From NCBI RefSeq assembly GCF_054482525.1, contig NZ_CM137006.1: a DNA stretch of 64,000 nt; one strand, written 5' to 3'. Positions 22,710 to 32,717 of the stretch are shown one piece after another. The first letter of the stretch is position 1; each line of letters opens with the position of its first letter. The position numbers and the translations under genes are program-made. A model generated the notes under the pieces. It saw only the letters and a program-made list of their open reading frames with translations. It was not told where the DNA came from and did no database searches.

Positions 22710-23303
22710 TCACTCCTCGAGAATAGTTTTTATCGCTTCCCCCGCCATTGCAGCTGTTGCACAGAGTTGTTCGATGGAGTGCCCCTCCCGTGCCTTCGCA
22801 GAAAGCCCTGACATCACTGTACTCATAAAATCAGTCACACATTGTGCGCGTTGTGGATACCGCCTGGCGATATAGTCATAAATGGTCGTTTCTGCGGCGT
22901 GATAATATTGAACGGCAATATCACGCGCTTGTGGATCATGACTATGAATACCTTCAAGAACCATACAGCCAGCGCAGTCGCCATTTTGGCTATATCTGCG
23001 CGCCGCTTCTTTTAATACCTCAACCAGGCACTCGCCTACCGGACGATCATCACGAAGAATATCGGCAAGCGGAATAGCTTCCGTACCGACATATTCATTG
23101 AGAACACGGCTAAATAACCCAGCCTTACTGCCAAAAGCCGCGTAGAGGCTCGGGGGGTTAATACCAAGATAATCAGTAACTTCAGCAACACTGACAGCAT
23201 CGAAACCTTTTTGGTGAAAAAGCACTTTTGCCGCAGAGACTGCCTGCTCAGGAGCGAAACGTCTGGGACGACCTGGAACGCGAGATTGTTTTTTAGTGAC
23301 CAT
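22710..23303 (-). CDS. bdcR: TetR-family transcriptional repressor
   Basis: 197 aa; TetR HTH (GFDAVSVAEVTDYLGINPPSLYAAF). Confidence 0.9.
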   Translation of the reverse strand: MVTKKQSRVPGRPRRFAPEQAVSAAKVLFHQKGFDAVSVAEVTDYLGINPPSLYAAFGSKAGLFSRVLNEYVGTEAIPLADILRDDRPVGECLVEVLKEAARRYSQNGDCAGCMVLEGIHSHDPQARDIAVQYYHAAETTIYDYIARRYPQRAQCVTDFMSTVMSGLSAKAREGHSIEQLCATAAMAGEAIKTILEE

Positions 23304-23373
23304 TACAAAACTTATTGACAGAAAGTTAAAACAGTTTTGTAATGCATGTTACATAATAAATCAAGGAGTCCTT

Positions 23374-24087
23374 ATGGGCGCTTTTACAGGTAAGACAGTT
23401 CTCATCCTCGGTGGCAGCCGTGGAATCGGTGCCGCTATCGTACGTCGTTTCGTCACCGATGGGGCCAATGTACGATTCACCTATGCGGGGTCGAAAGATG
23501 CCGCTGAACGCCTGGCACAAGAGACTGGAGCGACAGCAGTATTCACAGATAGTGCTGACAGAGACGCTGTTATTGATGTCGTTCGTAAGAGCGGCGCATT
23601 GGATATCCTGGTGGTAAATGCAGGTATTGGCGTCTTTGGCGATGCCCTGGAATTAAATGCCGACGATATTGATCGCCTTTTCAAAATCAATATTCATGCT
23701 CCTTATCATGCCTCTGTTGAAGCCGCCCGGCAGATGCCCGAAGGCGGGCGCATCTTAATCATCGGCTCCGTGAATGGCGATCGTATGCCTGTTGCAGGCA
23801 TGGCTGCTTATGCCGCCAGTAAATCTGCCCTGCAAGGCATGGCGCGCGGGCTGGCCCGTGATTTTGGACCGCGAGGGATCACCATCAACGTCGTCCAGCC
23901 AGGACCAATTGATACCGACGCTAATCCCGCCAACGGGCCAATGCGCGATATGTTGCATAGTTTTATGGCCATCAAAAGACATGGGCAACCGGAAGAGGTC
24001 GCTGGTATGGTCGCATGGTTAGCAGGGCCAGAAGCCAGTTTTGTTACCGGCGCGATGCATACCATTGATGGCGCGTTTGGCGCATAA
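23374..24087 (+). CDS. bdcA: c-di-GMP-binding biofilm dispersal mediator, SDR-family oxidoreductase
   Basis: Start MGAFTGKTVLILGGSRGIG (237 aa), preceded by aggag; the ORF-track start at 23296 would overlap bdcR. Confidence 0.9.
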   Translation: MGAFTGKTVLILGGSRGIGAAIVRRFVTDGANVRFTYAGSKDAAERLAQETGATAVFTDSADRDAVIDVVRKSGALDILVVNAGIGVFGDALELNADDIDRLFKINIHAPYHASVEAARQMPEGGRILIIGSVNGDRMPVAGMAAYAASKSALQGMARGLARDFGPRGITINVVQPGPIDTDANPANGPMRDMLHSFMAIKRHGQPEEVAGMVAWLAGPEASFVTGAMHTIDGAFGA

Positions 24088-24217
24088 CCGACTACGCTCA
24101 ATTAAGCCCAGCCATTATCCATGATGTCTGGGCTTTGTTTACTTACGTCGTCCGCTAAAAGCGGCTCCCGGTAAATATAAATCTTCTGTTCATGTCGTAA
24201 ATCTTGAGGATAACCAA

Positions 24218-24613
24218 ATGGAAGAAAGAACCGCTGTTTTCCCTGCTGGCCGACATTCACTGTATGCTGAGCATCGTTATTCTGCGGCTATTCGTTCCGG
24301 CGATTTGCTGTTTGTTTCCGGGCAAGTAGGAAGTCGAGAGGACGGAACACCAGAACCCGATTTTCAGCAACAAGTCAGACTGGCCTTTGATAATTTGCAT
24401 GCGACCCTGGCTGCTGCGGGATGCACTTTTGACGATATCATTGATGTTACGAGCTTTCATACCGATCCAGAAAAACAATTTGAAGACATCATGACGGTGA
24501 AAAATGAAATATTTAGCGCCCCACCTTATCCAAACTGGACGGCGGTGGGTGTTACCTGGCTGGCAGGCTTTGATTTTGAAATTAAAGTGATAGCGCGCAT
24601 CCCTGAGCTATAA
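24218..24613 (+). CDS. yjgH: RidA/YjgF-family protein
   Basis: 131 aa. Confidence 0.85.
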   Translation: MEERTAVFPAGRHSLYAEHRYSAAIRSGDLLFVSGQVGSREDGTPEPDFQQQVRLAFDNLHATLAAAGCTFDDIIDVTSFHTDPEKQFEDIMTVKNEIFSAPPYPNWTAVGVTWLAGFDFEIKVIARIPEL

Positions 24614-24862
24614 GCAATAGTGTTAGCCGTTCGTTTTCACCCTCCGCCCTATAAGTCGGATGAATGGAATAAAATGCATATCTGATTGCGTGAAAATGAA
24701 AAAGAAAAAAGCAGGAAATGTCTGCAATTATTGATACCGAACGACACTTCCCCTCCAAAATCATAGAAAATAAAAATGCATATACTTTGACTTTTAATTC
24801 AAATAAACCGTTTGCGCTGACAAAATATTGCATCAAATGCTTGCACCGCTTCTGGCTATGAG

Positions 24863-24868
24863 TATAAT
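24863..24868 (+). promoter_or_regulatory. pyrBI promoter -10 hexamer (TATAAT)
   Basis: tataat about 25 nt upstream of the pyrL ATG, followed by the AATTTG initially transcribed region. Confidence 0.5.
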
Positions 24869-24893
24869 GCCGGACAATTTGCCGGGAGGATGT

Positions 24894-25028
24894 ATGGTTC
24901 AGTGTGTTCGACATTTTGTCTTACCGCGTCTGAAAAAAGACGCTGGCCTGCCGTTTTTCTTCCCGTTGATCACCCATTCCCAGCCCCTCAATCGAGGGGC
25001 TTTTTTTTGCCCAGGCGTCAGGAGATAA
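24894..25028 (+). CDS. pyrL: pyrBI operon leader peptide
   Basis: MVQCVRHFVLPRLKKDAGLPFFFPLITHSQPLNRGAFFCPGVRR (44 aa), embedded in ORF 24828..25028. Confidence 0.9.
   Translation: MVQCVRHFVLPRLKKDAGLPFFFPLITHSQPLNRGAFFCPGVRR
24983..25008 (+). terminator. pyrBI attenuator (intrinsic terminator within the leader)
   Basis: Hairpin gcccctc-aatc-gaggggc immediately followed by T8, inside the pyrL coding region. Confidence 0.85.
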
Positions 25029-25031
25029 AAG

Positions 25032-25967
25032 ATGGCTAATCCGCTATATCAGAAACATATCATTTCCATAAACGACCTTAGTCGCGATGACCTTAATCTG
25101 GTGCTGGCGACAGCGGCGAAACTGAAAGCAAACCCGCAACCAGAGCTGTTGAAGCACAAAGTCATTGCCAGCTGTTTCTTCGAAGCCTCTACCCGTACCC
25201 GCCTCTCTTTCGAAACTTCCATGCACCGCCTGGGTGCCAGCGTGGTGGGCTTCTCCGACAGCGCCAATACATCACTGGGTAAAAAAGGCGAAACGCTGGC
25301 CGATACCATTTCGGTTATCAGCACTTACGTCGATGCGATAGTGATGCGTCATCCGCAGGAAGGTGCGGCGCGCCTGGCCACCGAGTTTTCCGGCAATGTA
25401 CCGGTACTGAATGCCGGTGATGGCTCCAACCAACATCCGACGCAAACCTTGCTGGACTTATTCACCATTCAGGAAACCCAGGGGCGTCTGGACAATCTCC
25501 ACGTCGCAATGGTTGGTGACCTGAAATATGGCCGCACCGTTCACTCCCTGACTCAGGCGTTAGCGAAGTTCGACGGCAACCGTTTTTACTTCATCGCGCC
25601 GGACGCGCTGGCAATGCCGCAATACATCCTTGATATGCTCGATGAAAAAGGGATCGCCTGGAGTCTGCACAGCTCTATTGAAGAAGTGATGGCGGAAGTA
25701 GACATCCTGTACATGACTCGCGTGCAAAAAGAGCGTCTGGACCCGTCCGAGTACGCCAACGTGAAAGCGCAGTTTGTTCTTCGCGCCAGCGATCTCCACA
25801 ACGCCAAAGCCAATATGAAAGTGCTGCATCCGCTGCCGCGTGTTGATGAGATTGCCACCGATGTTGATAAAACGCCGCACGCCTGGTACTTCCAGCAGGC
25901 AGGCAACGGGATTTTCGCTCGCCAGGCGTTACTGGCACTGGTTCTGAATCGCGATCTGGTACTGTAA
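25032..25967 (+). CDS. pyrB: aspartate carbamoyltransferase catalytic subunit
   Basis: 311 aa; STRTR and HPLP motifs. Confidence 0.97.
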
Positions 25968-25979
25968 GGGGAAATAGAG

Positions 25980-26441
25980 ATGACACACGATAATAAATTG
26001 CAGGTTGAAGCTATTAAACGCGGCACGGTAATTGACCATATCCCCGCCCAGATCGGTTTTAAGCTGTTGAGTTTGTTCAAGCTGACCGAAACGGATCAGC
26101 GCATCACCATTGGTCTGAACCTGCCTTCTGGCGAGATGGGCCGCAAAGATCTGATCAAAATCGAAAATACCTTTTTGAGTGAAGATCAGGTAGATCAACT
26201 GGCATTGTATGCGCCGCAAGCCACGGTAAATCGTATCGACAACTATGAAGTGGTTGGCAAATCGCGCCCCAGTCTGCCGGAGCGCATCGACAATGTGCTG
26301 GTCTGCCCGAACAGCAACTGTATCAGCCATGCCGAACCGGTTTCATCCAGCTTTGCCGTGCGAAAACGCGCCAATGATATCGCGCTCAAATGCAAATACT
26401 GTGAAAAAGAGTTTTCCCATAATGTGGTGCTGGCCAATTAA
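25980..26441 (+). CDS. pyrI: aspartate carbamoyltransferase regulatory subunit
   Basis: 153 aa; C-terminal zinc-binding cysteines (CPNSNCISH ... CKYCE). Confidence 0.97.
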
Positions 26442-26513
26442 TTGCGGTTGGTAATAAAAGTCTGGCTCCCTATAATGAGCCAGACTTTTTACCGCTGTAA
26501 TAAAGGAGAAATC

Positions 26514-26900
26514 ATGAGCAAAACTATCGCGACGGAAAATGCACCGGCAGCTATCGGTCCTTACGTACAGGGCGTTGATCTGGGCAATATGATCATCACC
26601 TCCGGTCAGATCCCGGTAAATCCGAAAACGGGCGAAGTACCGGCAGACGTCGCTGCACAGGCTCGTCAGTCGCTGGATAACGTAAAAGCGATCGTCGAAG
26701 CCGCTGGCCTGAAAGTGGGCGACATCATTAAAACCACCGTGTTTGTGAAAGATCTGAACGACTTCGCAACCGTTAATGCTACTTACGAAGCCTTCTTCAC
26801 CGAACACAACGCCACCTTCCCGGCACGTTCTTGCGTTGAAGTTGCCCGTCTGCCGAAAGACGTGAAGATTGAGATCGAAGCGATCGCTGTTCGTCGCTAA
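26514..26900 (+). CDS. ridA: 2-iminobutanoate/2-iminopropanoate deaminase
   Basis: Start MSKTIATENAPAAIGPYVQG (128 aa), preceded by aaggag, inside ORF 26442..26900. Confidence 0.93.
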   Translation: MSKTIATENAPAAIGPYVQGVDLGNMIITSGQIPVNPKTGEVPADVAAQARQSLDNVKAIVEAAGLKVGDIIKTTVFVKDLNDFATVNATYEAFFTEHNATFPARSCVEVARLPKDVKIEIEAIAVRR

Positions 26901-26911
26901 TCTTGACGGAA

Positions 26912-26934
26912 ATCCGGGCTATCAAGCCCGGATT
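26912..26934 (+). terminator. putative ridA terminator hairpin
   Basis: atccgggct-atca-agcccggat; weak U-tract. Confidence 0.4.
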
Positions 26935-26957
26935 AAGTCTGATGACAAAAGCAAAAT

Positions 26958-27048
26958 CGCCCGATGCGCTACGCTTATCAGGCCTATGTGATTCCTGCAA
27001 TTTATTGAATTTGTAGGCCGGATTGGGCGTTTACGCCGCATCCGGCAT
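26958..27048. repeat. REP/BIME palindromic units between ridA and mgtA
   Basis: gcccgatgcgctacgcttatcaggcc and gtaggccggattgggcgtttacgccgcatccggcat match REP consensus. Confidence 0.6.
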
Positions 27049-27105
27049 GAACAAAGCTCACTTTGTCTGCAATATGAATCCGGGCCACCATGCCCAGTCT
27101 ATTCT

Positions 27106-29802
27106 TTACTGCCAGCCGTAACGACGGCTATAGAACCCTTTCACCAACTGGGTTAACGTCATATACCCTGCCAGAATCGCAACCAGCCACGGGAAATAGC
27201 TTAACGGCAGCGCCTGCAGCTGCAGATAACTGGCCAGCGGTGAAAACGGCAATGCGATCCCGACAATCATCACGATCACGGTCATGATCATTAACGGCCA
27301 CGATGCACAGCTCTGAATAAACGGCACACGACGGGTGCGGATCATATGCACAATCAGCGTTTGTGACAGCAAGCCCACCACAAACCAGCCCGACTGGAAC
27401 AGCGTTTGCGTTTCCGGCGTGTTGGCATGGAATACCCACCACATCAGGCAAAACGTCAGAATATCGAAGATCGAGCTGATCGGTCCGAAGAAGATCATAA
27501 AGCGCCCCAGATCCGCCGGATTCCAACGCTGCGGCTTTTGAATTTGCTCGTCGTCGACGTTATCAAACGGGATCGCCACCTGTGACACATCGTACAGCAA
27601 GTTCTGAATAAGCAAGTGTAACGGCAACATCGGCAGGAAGGGCAAGAAAGCACTCGCCACCAGCACGCTGAACACATTACCGAAGTTAGAACTCGCCGTC
27701 ATTTTGATGTATTTCAGCATATTGGCGAAAGTGCGACGTCCCTCAATAACCCCCTCTTCCAGCACCATCAGGCTTTTTTCCAGCAGGATGATATCAGCCG
27801 CTTCACGGGCAATATCTACCGCGCCGTCCACAGAAATGCCGATATCCGCAGCGCGTAAGGCGGGCGCATCATTAATACCATCGCCCATAAAGCCAACCAC
27901 ATGCCCTTCGCGCTTCAGTAAGGTCACAATGCGTTCTTTATGCATCGGCGTCAGGCGGGCAAACAGCGTGGTGCGCTGTGCGAGATTTGCCAGTTCGTCG
28001 TCAGATAGCGTTTCAATATCACTACCAATGACCACCTCTCCCGCGTCCAGCCCCACTTCATGGCACACTTTCGCTGCAACTAACTCACTGTCGCCAGTAA
28101 GGATTTTTACGGTAATGCCACTCGCTTTTAATGCCTTCAGTGCCGGAGCGGTTGTCTCTTTTGGCGGATCAAGGAAAGCAATATATCCTTCGAGGATCAG
28201 GTCGGACTCATCCGCTCGCTGGTAATCTCCTTCACGCGCTGGCAGGTATTTCGTCGCCACCGCAACCACGCGCAGCCCCTGACGATTCAGCGTATCGGTA
28301 ACCCGCTTAATCTTACGCAGCATGGTGTCATCGAGTGGTACAATCTCGCCATTGTGACGCACCTGCGAACACACATTGAGGATTTCCTGCAATGCGCCTT
28401 TGCAAACCAGCTGATGGTGTTCGGTATTTTCTGCCACTACCACCGACATCCGGCGACGCTCGAAATCAAACGGAATCTCATCAATTTTTTGCCAACGGCT
28501 GGCCAGCGAGCGCGCTGACTCTTCATCCGTACCTTCGAGCACCGCGGTATCAAGCAGGTTTTTAAGTCCGGTCTGGTAATGACTGTTCAACCACGCGCTA
28601 TGCAGCACGCGTTCGCTGGTTTTACCGGAGATATCGGTATGATTCTCCAGCACAATTTTATCCTGCGTCAGGGTGCCGGTTTTATCAGTGCACAGAATAT
28701 CCATTGCGCCAAAGTTCTGAATGGCATCCAGATGTTTGACAATCACTTTCTGTTTCGACAGCTTTACTGCGCCGCGCGCCAGCGTCGAGGTAACAATCAT
28801 CGGCAACATTTCCGGCGTTAAGCCTACCGCGACCGAAAGCGCAAACAGTGCCGCTTCCCACCAGTCGCCTTTGGTGTAACCGTTGATAAGCAACACCACC
28901 GGAGCCATCACCAGCATAAAGCGAATCAGCAGCATACTGACGCGGCTGATCCCTTGCTGAAAGGCATTCGGCTCGCTTTCCTGCTCACTAACACGCCCCG
29001 CCAGTTGACCAAACCAGGTGTTGGCTCCTGTAGCAATCACCATTGCTTGTGCCGTGCCGCTCACCACGGTGGTGCCCATAAAACACAGGGTGTCGCACTC
29101 CAGCGGATTGCTGTGCTCCGGCTGGCGAGTGGTGGCGGCTTTTTCCACGGGCAGAGACTCACCGGTTAACGACGCCTGAGCGACGAACAGATCCCGCGCC
29201 TGCAAGATACGTAAATCTGCCGGGATCATATCCCCCGCCGCCAGTTTTATAATATCGCCGGGCACCAGCTGGTCGATCGGGATCTCCAGCCAGCCATTTT
29301 CGCCTTTGTCGTTAATTACGCGCAGCACCGTCGCGGTATTGCTGACCATCGCTTTCAGGGCATCTGCCGCTTTAGTGGAACGTGCTTCCTGAATAAAGTT
29401 CAGCAACGTAGAAATAGCGACCATTAGCGCGATAACACCCGCGGCAAATAAATCTTCCGTGGCGTAAGAAATAGCGCCGAGAATGGTGAGTAAAATATTA
29501 AAGGGGTTGCGATAGCAGACCCATAAATGTACCCACCACGGCGACGGTTGTTGTGCGGGTAATTTATTATCACCATGTTGTTCGCGGGCAGATTCCACTT
29601 CCGCCTGATTTAATCCTTCCGGATGGGTGTCGAACGTTTTCCATAATTCTTCTTCGGGCATCACCGCCATTTTCAGGCAATGCGCACTTAAGGACGGCGG
29701 GACCGCCGTATTCACTGTCTGCTGCGCGCCAGGTAATGGATCGCGATGAACCAGACGGGAAGGTAAATGGCGAATGAACCGAGTAAAAATTTCTTTAAAC
29801 AT
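27106..29802 (-). CDS. mgtA: Mg2+-importing P-type ATPase
   Basis: 898 aa; DKTGTLT phosphorylation motif and GDGINDAPAL. Confidence 0.96.
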   Translation of the reverse strand: MFKEIFTRFIRHLPSRLVHRDPLPGAQQTVNTAVPPSLSAHCLKMAVMPEEELWKTFDTHPEGLNQAEVESAREQHGDNKLPAQQPSPWWVHLWVCYRNPFNILLTILGAISYATEDLFAAGVIALMVAISTLLNFIQEARSTKAADALKAMVSNTATVLRVINDKGENGWLEIPIDQLVPGDIIKLAAGDMIPADLRILQARDLFVAQASLTGESLPVEKAATTRQPEHSNPLECDTLCFMGTTVVSGTAQAMVIATGANTWFGQLAGRVSEQESEPNAFQQGISRVSMLLIRFMLVMAPVVLLINGYTKGDWWEAALFALSVAVGLTPEMLPMIVTSTLARGAVKLSKQKVIVKHLDAIQNFGAMDILCTDKTGTLTQDKIVLENHTDISGKTSERVLHSAWLNSHYQTGLKNLLDTAVLEGTDEESARSLASRWQKIDEIPFDFERRRMSVVVAENTEHHQLVCKGALQEILNVCSQVRHNGEIVPLDDTMLRKIKRVTDTLNRQGLRVVAVATKYLPAREGDYQRADESDLILEGYIAFLDPPKETTAPALKALKASGITVKILTGDSELVAAKVCHEVGLDAGEVVIGSDIETLSDDELANLAQRTTLFARLTPMHKERIVTLLKREGHVVGFMGDGINDAPALRAADIGISVDGAVDIAREAADIILLEKSLMVLEEGVIEGRRTFANMLKYIKMTASSNFGNVFSVLVASAFLPFLPMLPLHLLIQNLLYDVSQVAIPFDNVDDEQIQKPQRWNPADLGRFMIFFGPISSIFDILTFCLMWWVFHANTPETQTLFQSGWFVVGLLSQTLIVHMIRTRRVPFIQSCASWPLMIMTVIVMIVGIALPFSPLASYLQLQALPLSYFPWLVAILAGYMTLTQLVKGFYSRRYGWQ

Positions 29803-30062
29803 AAGGAGTCCCTCCGCACTGTCTGAAACAGTACAGAAATGTCTTCAGGCGTGGCGAAGCCTTACCTGAAGGTAATAAAGCTGAGCTGGGACGTTAAAAC
29901 GTCACGGCCTTACGCATCCGGTAACGCCGTGAAAAGACGGGCTTACCGGAAAAGTTTTAATCTCCGTCGAGGGAGAGGCGTGGGATCAGGTTCCATATAA
30001 CCTCCGGTAAGTGAAAAAAGCGCCGCAAATAATAAGGAGAATCCAATAATATTCGTAGCATC
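29803..30062 (-). promoter_or_regulatory. mgtA 5' leader (Mg2+- and proline-sensing attenuator region)
   Basis: About 260-nt untranslated leader between the putative -10 (30072..30077) and the mgtA start; contains mgtL. Confidence 0.65.
29943..29996 (-). CDS. mgtL: mgtA leader peptide (proline-rich)
   Basis: [17 protein letters not shown] (17 aa) = last 17 codons of the 113-aa ORF-track entry 29943..30284. Confidence 0.8.
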
Positions 30063-30088
30063 TATGGCGATATAATACCTGCTGGCAA

Positions 30089-30108
30089 CTAAACCAACGA
30101 TAAACCAG
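30089..30108 (-). promoter_or_regulatory. PhoP box in the mgtA promoter
   Basis: Minus strand reads CTGGTTTATCGTTGGTTTAG, a direct repeat of GGTTTA spaced 5 nt apart. Confidence 0.7.
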
Positions 30109-30180
30109 ACTTTACCCATTGCTGAATGCACGGGTAAAGTTAGGCTCAAATAATTAAACAACACGTTACGGGACAACAGG

Positions 30181-31128
30181 ATGCAAAATCGGCTGACCAT
30201 CAAAGACATCGCGCGCTTAAGCGGCGTGGGGAAATCTACGGTTTCCCGGGTGCTGAATAACGAAAGCGGCGTGAGCCAGCGCACGCGCGAGCGTGTTGAA
30301 GCAGTGATGAATCAGCATGGATTTTCCCCTTCCCGCTCTGCGCGCGCTATGCGTGGGCAAAGCGATAAAGTGGTCGCCATCATTGTGACCCGTCTGGATT
30401 CGTTGTCAGAAAATCTCGCCGTTCAAACCATGCTGCCAGCGTTCTATGAACAAGGTTACGATCCAATCATGATGGAAAGTCAGTTTTCCCCACAATTAGT
30501 TGCCGAACATTTGGGGGTGCTGAAACGGCGTAATATCGACGGCGTAGTGCTGTTCGGTTTTACCGGCATAACAGAAGAAATGATAGCCCACTGGCAGTCA
30601 TCGCTGGTTCTGCTGGCGCGTGACGCAAAAGGCTTTGCTTCGGTCTGTTATGACGACGAAGGGGCAATCAAGATCCTGATGCAACGGCTGTATGACCAGG
30701 GGCATCGTAATATCAGTTATCTCGGCGTGCCGCATAGTGACGTGACGACCGGTAAGCGACGTCACGAAGCCTACCTGGCGTTCTGCAAAGCGCATAAACT
30801 GCATCCCGTTGCCGCTCTGCCAGGCCTTGCTATGAAGCAAGGCTATGAGAACGTAGCAAAAGTGATTACGCCTGAAACTACCGCGTTACTGTGCGCAACC
30901 GACACGCTGGCACTTGGTGCAAGTAAATACCTGCAAGAGCAACGCATCGACACCTTGCAACTGGCGAGCGTCGGTAATACACCGTTAATGAAATTCCTCC
31001 ATCCGGAGATCGTCACCGTAGATCCCGGTTACGCCGAAGCTGGACGCCAGGCGGCCTGCCAGTTGATCGCGCAGGTAACCGGGCGCAGCGAACCGCAACA
31101 AATCATCATCCCCGCCACCCTGTCCTGA
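30181..31128 (+). CDS. treR: trehalose operon repressor (LacI family)
   Basis: 315 aa; HTH LTIKDIARLSGVGKSTVSRVLN. Confidence 0.95.
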   Translation: MQNRLTIKDIARLSGVGKSTVSRVLNNESGVSQRTRERVEAVMNQHGFSPSRSARAMRGQSDKVVAIIVTRLDSLSENLAVQTMLPAFYEQGYDPIMMESQFSPQLVAEHLGVLKRRNIDGVVLFGFTGITEEMIAHWQSSLVLLARDAKGFASVCYDDEGAIKILMQRLYDQGHRNISYLGVPHSDVTTGKRRHEAYLAFCKAHKLHPVAALPGLAMKQGYENVAKVITPETTALLCATDTLALGASKYLQEQRIDTLQLASVGNTPLMKFLHPEIVTVDPGYAEAGRQAACQLIAQVTGRSEPQQIIIPATLS

Positions 31129-31246
31129 TCGTTTCCTGAACGATAAATTGTGATCTTCGCTGCGTTTCGGGAACGTTCCCGTTTTTAAATTTTTCCGCGC
31201 AATATATTCTGCAGCCAACCAAAAATGTCATCTGCCATGGGGCTTT

Positions 31247-32668
31247 ATGATGAGCAAAATAAACCAAACGGATATCGATCGGTTGATTGAACTGGTCGGC
31301 GGGCGCGGCAATATTGCGACGGTGAGCCACTGTATTACTCGTCTGCGCTTTGTCCTCAACCAACCGGCCAATGCCAGACCGAAAGAAATTGAGCAACTCC
31401 CCATGGTGAAAGGCTGTTTCACCAATGCCGGGCAATTTCAGGTGGTGATTGGCACCAACGTGGGTGATTACTATCAAGCACTGATTGCGTCAACCGGACA
31501 GGCGCAGGTTGATAAAGAGCAGGTAAAAAAAGCCGCCCGGCAGAATATGAAATGGCATGAGCAGTTGATCTCTCATTTCGCGGAGATCTTCTTCCCGCTG
31601 CTGCCCGCGCTGATTAGCGGCGGTTTGATCCTCGGTTTTCGCAATGTGATCGGCGATTTACCCATGAGCAATGGTCAGACGCTGGCGCAAATGTACCCTT
31701 CCCTGCAAACGATCTACGATTTTCTGTGGTTGATCGGTGAAGCGATCTTCTTCTACCTGCCGGTCGGGATTTGCTGGTCAGCGGTGAAAAAAATGGGCGG
31801 CACGCCGATCCTTGGTATCGTGCTTGGCGTAACGCTGGTTTCTCCACAGCTGATGAACGCTTATCTGCTCGGACAGCAGCTGCCGGAAGTGTGGGACTTT
31901 GGCATGTTCAGCATCGCCAAAGTGGGCTATCAGGCGCAGGTGATCCCGGCACTGTTAGCCGGGCTGGCGCTGGGCGTTATTGAAACTCGTCTTAAGCGCA
32001 TCGTGCCGGATTACCTCTATCTGGTGGTGGTGCCCGTCTGTTCGCTGATCCTCGCGGTGTTCCTCGCCCATGCGCTGATTGGTCCGTTTGGTCGCATGAT
32101 TGGCGATGGCGTTGCCTTTGCGGTACGTCACCTGATGACCGGCAGCTTTGCTCCGATTGGCGCGGCATTGTTTGGCTTCCTGTACGCCCCGCTGGTGATC
32201 ACCGGCGTACATCAGACCACGCTTGCTATTGATTTGCAGATGATTCAAAGCATGGGTGGTACGCCAGTGTGGCCGCTGATTGCGCTGTCGAATATCGCTC
32301 AGGGTTCCGCCGTGATAGGCATTATCATTTCCAGCCGCAAGCACAATGAACGCGAGATCTCCGTGCCTGCCGCTATCTCCGCCTGGCTTGGAGTCACTGA
32401 GCCTGCTATGTACGGCATCAACCTGAAATATCGCTTCCCGATGCTGTGCGCGATGATTGGTTCTGGTCTGGCAGGATTGCTATGCGGCCTGAACGGCGTT
32501 ATGGCGAATGGCATCGGCGTAGGCGGCCTGCCGGGAATTCTCTCGATTCAACCGAGCTACTGGCAGGTGTTTGCGCTGGCAATGGCTATCGCCATCATCA
32601 TCCCGATTGTACTCACCTCGTTTATCTATCAGCGGAAATACCGCCTGGGCACGCTGGACATTGTTTAA
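31247..32668 (+). CDS. treB: PTS trehalose-specific EIIBC component
   Basis: 473 aa; EIIB cysteine motif (SHCITRLR) plus membrane EIIC domain. Confidence 0.95.
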   Translation: MMSKINQTDIDRLIELVGGRGNIATVSHCITRLRFVLNQPANARPKEIEQLPMVKGCFTNAGQFQVVIGTNVGDYYQALIASTGQAQVDKEQVKKAARQNMKWHEQLISHFAEIFFPLLPALISGGLILGFRNVIGDLPMSNGQTLAQMYPSLQTIYDFLWLIGEAIFFYLPVGICWSAVKKMGGTPILGIVLGVTLVSPQLMNAYLLGQQLPEVWDFGMFSIAKVGYQAQVIPALLAGLALGVIETRLKRIVPDYLYLVVVPVCSLILAVFLAHALIGPFGRMIGDGVAFAVRHLMTGSFAPIGAALFGFLYAPLVITGVHQTTLAIDLQMIQSMGGTPVWPLIALSNIAQGSAVIGIIISSRKHNEREISVPAAISAWLGVTEPAMYGINLKYRFPMLCAMIGSGLAGLLCGLNGVMANGIGVGGLPGILSIQPSYWQVFALAMAIAIIIPIVLTSFIYQRKYRLGTLDIV

Positions 32669-32717
32669 TTTTCTTCGGGGCGCAATTGCGCCCCCTCGCA
32701 TTTGCAGGAATAACGTA

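Noticed and set aside
29943-30284. 113-aa minus-strand ORF in the mgtA-treR spacer
   Set aside because: Only its last 17 codons correspond to mgtL; the remainder is untranslated leader/promoter and overlaps the treR start.
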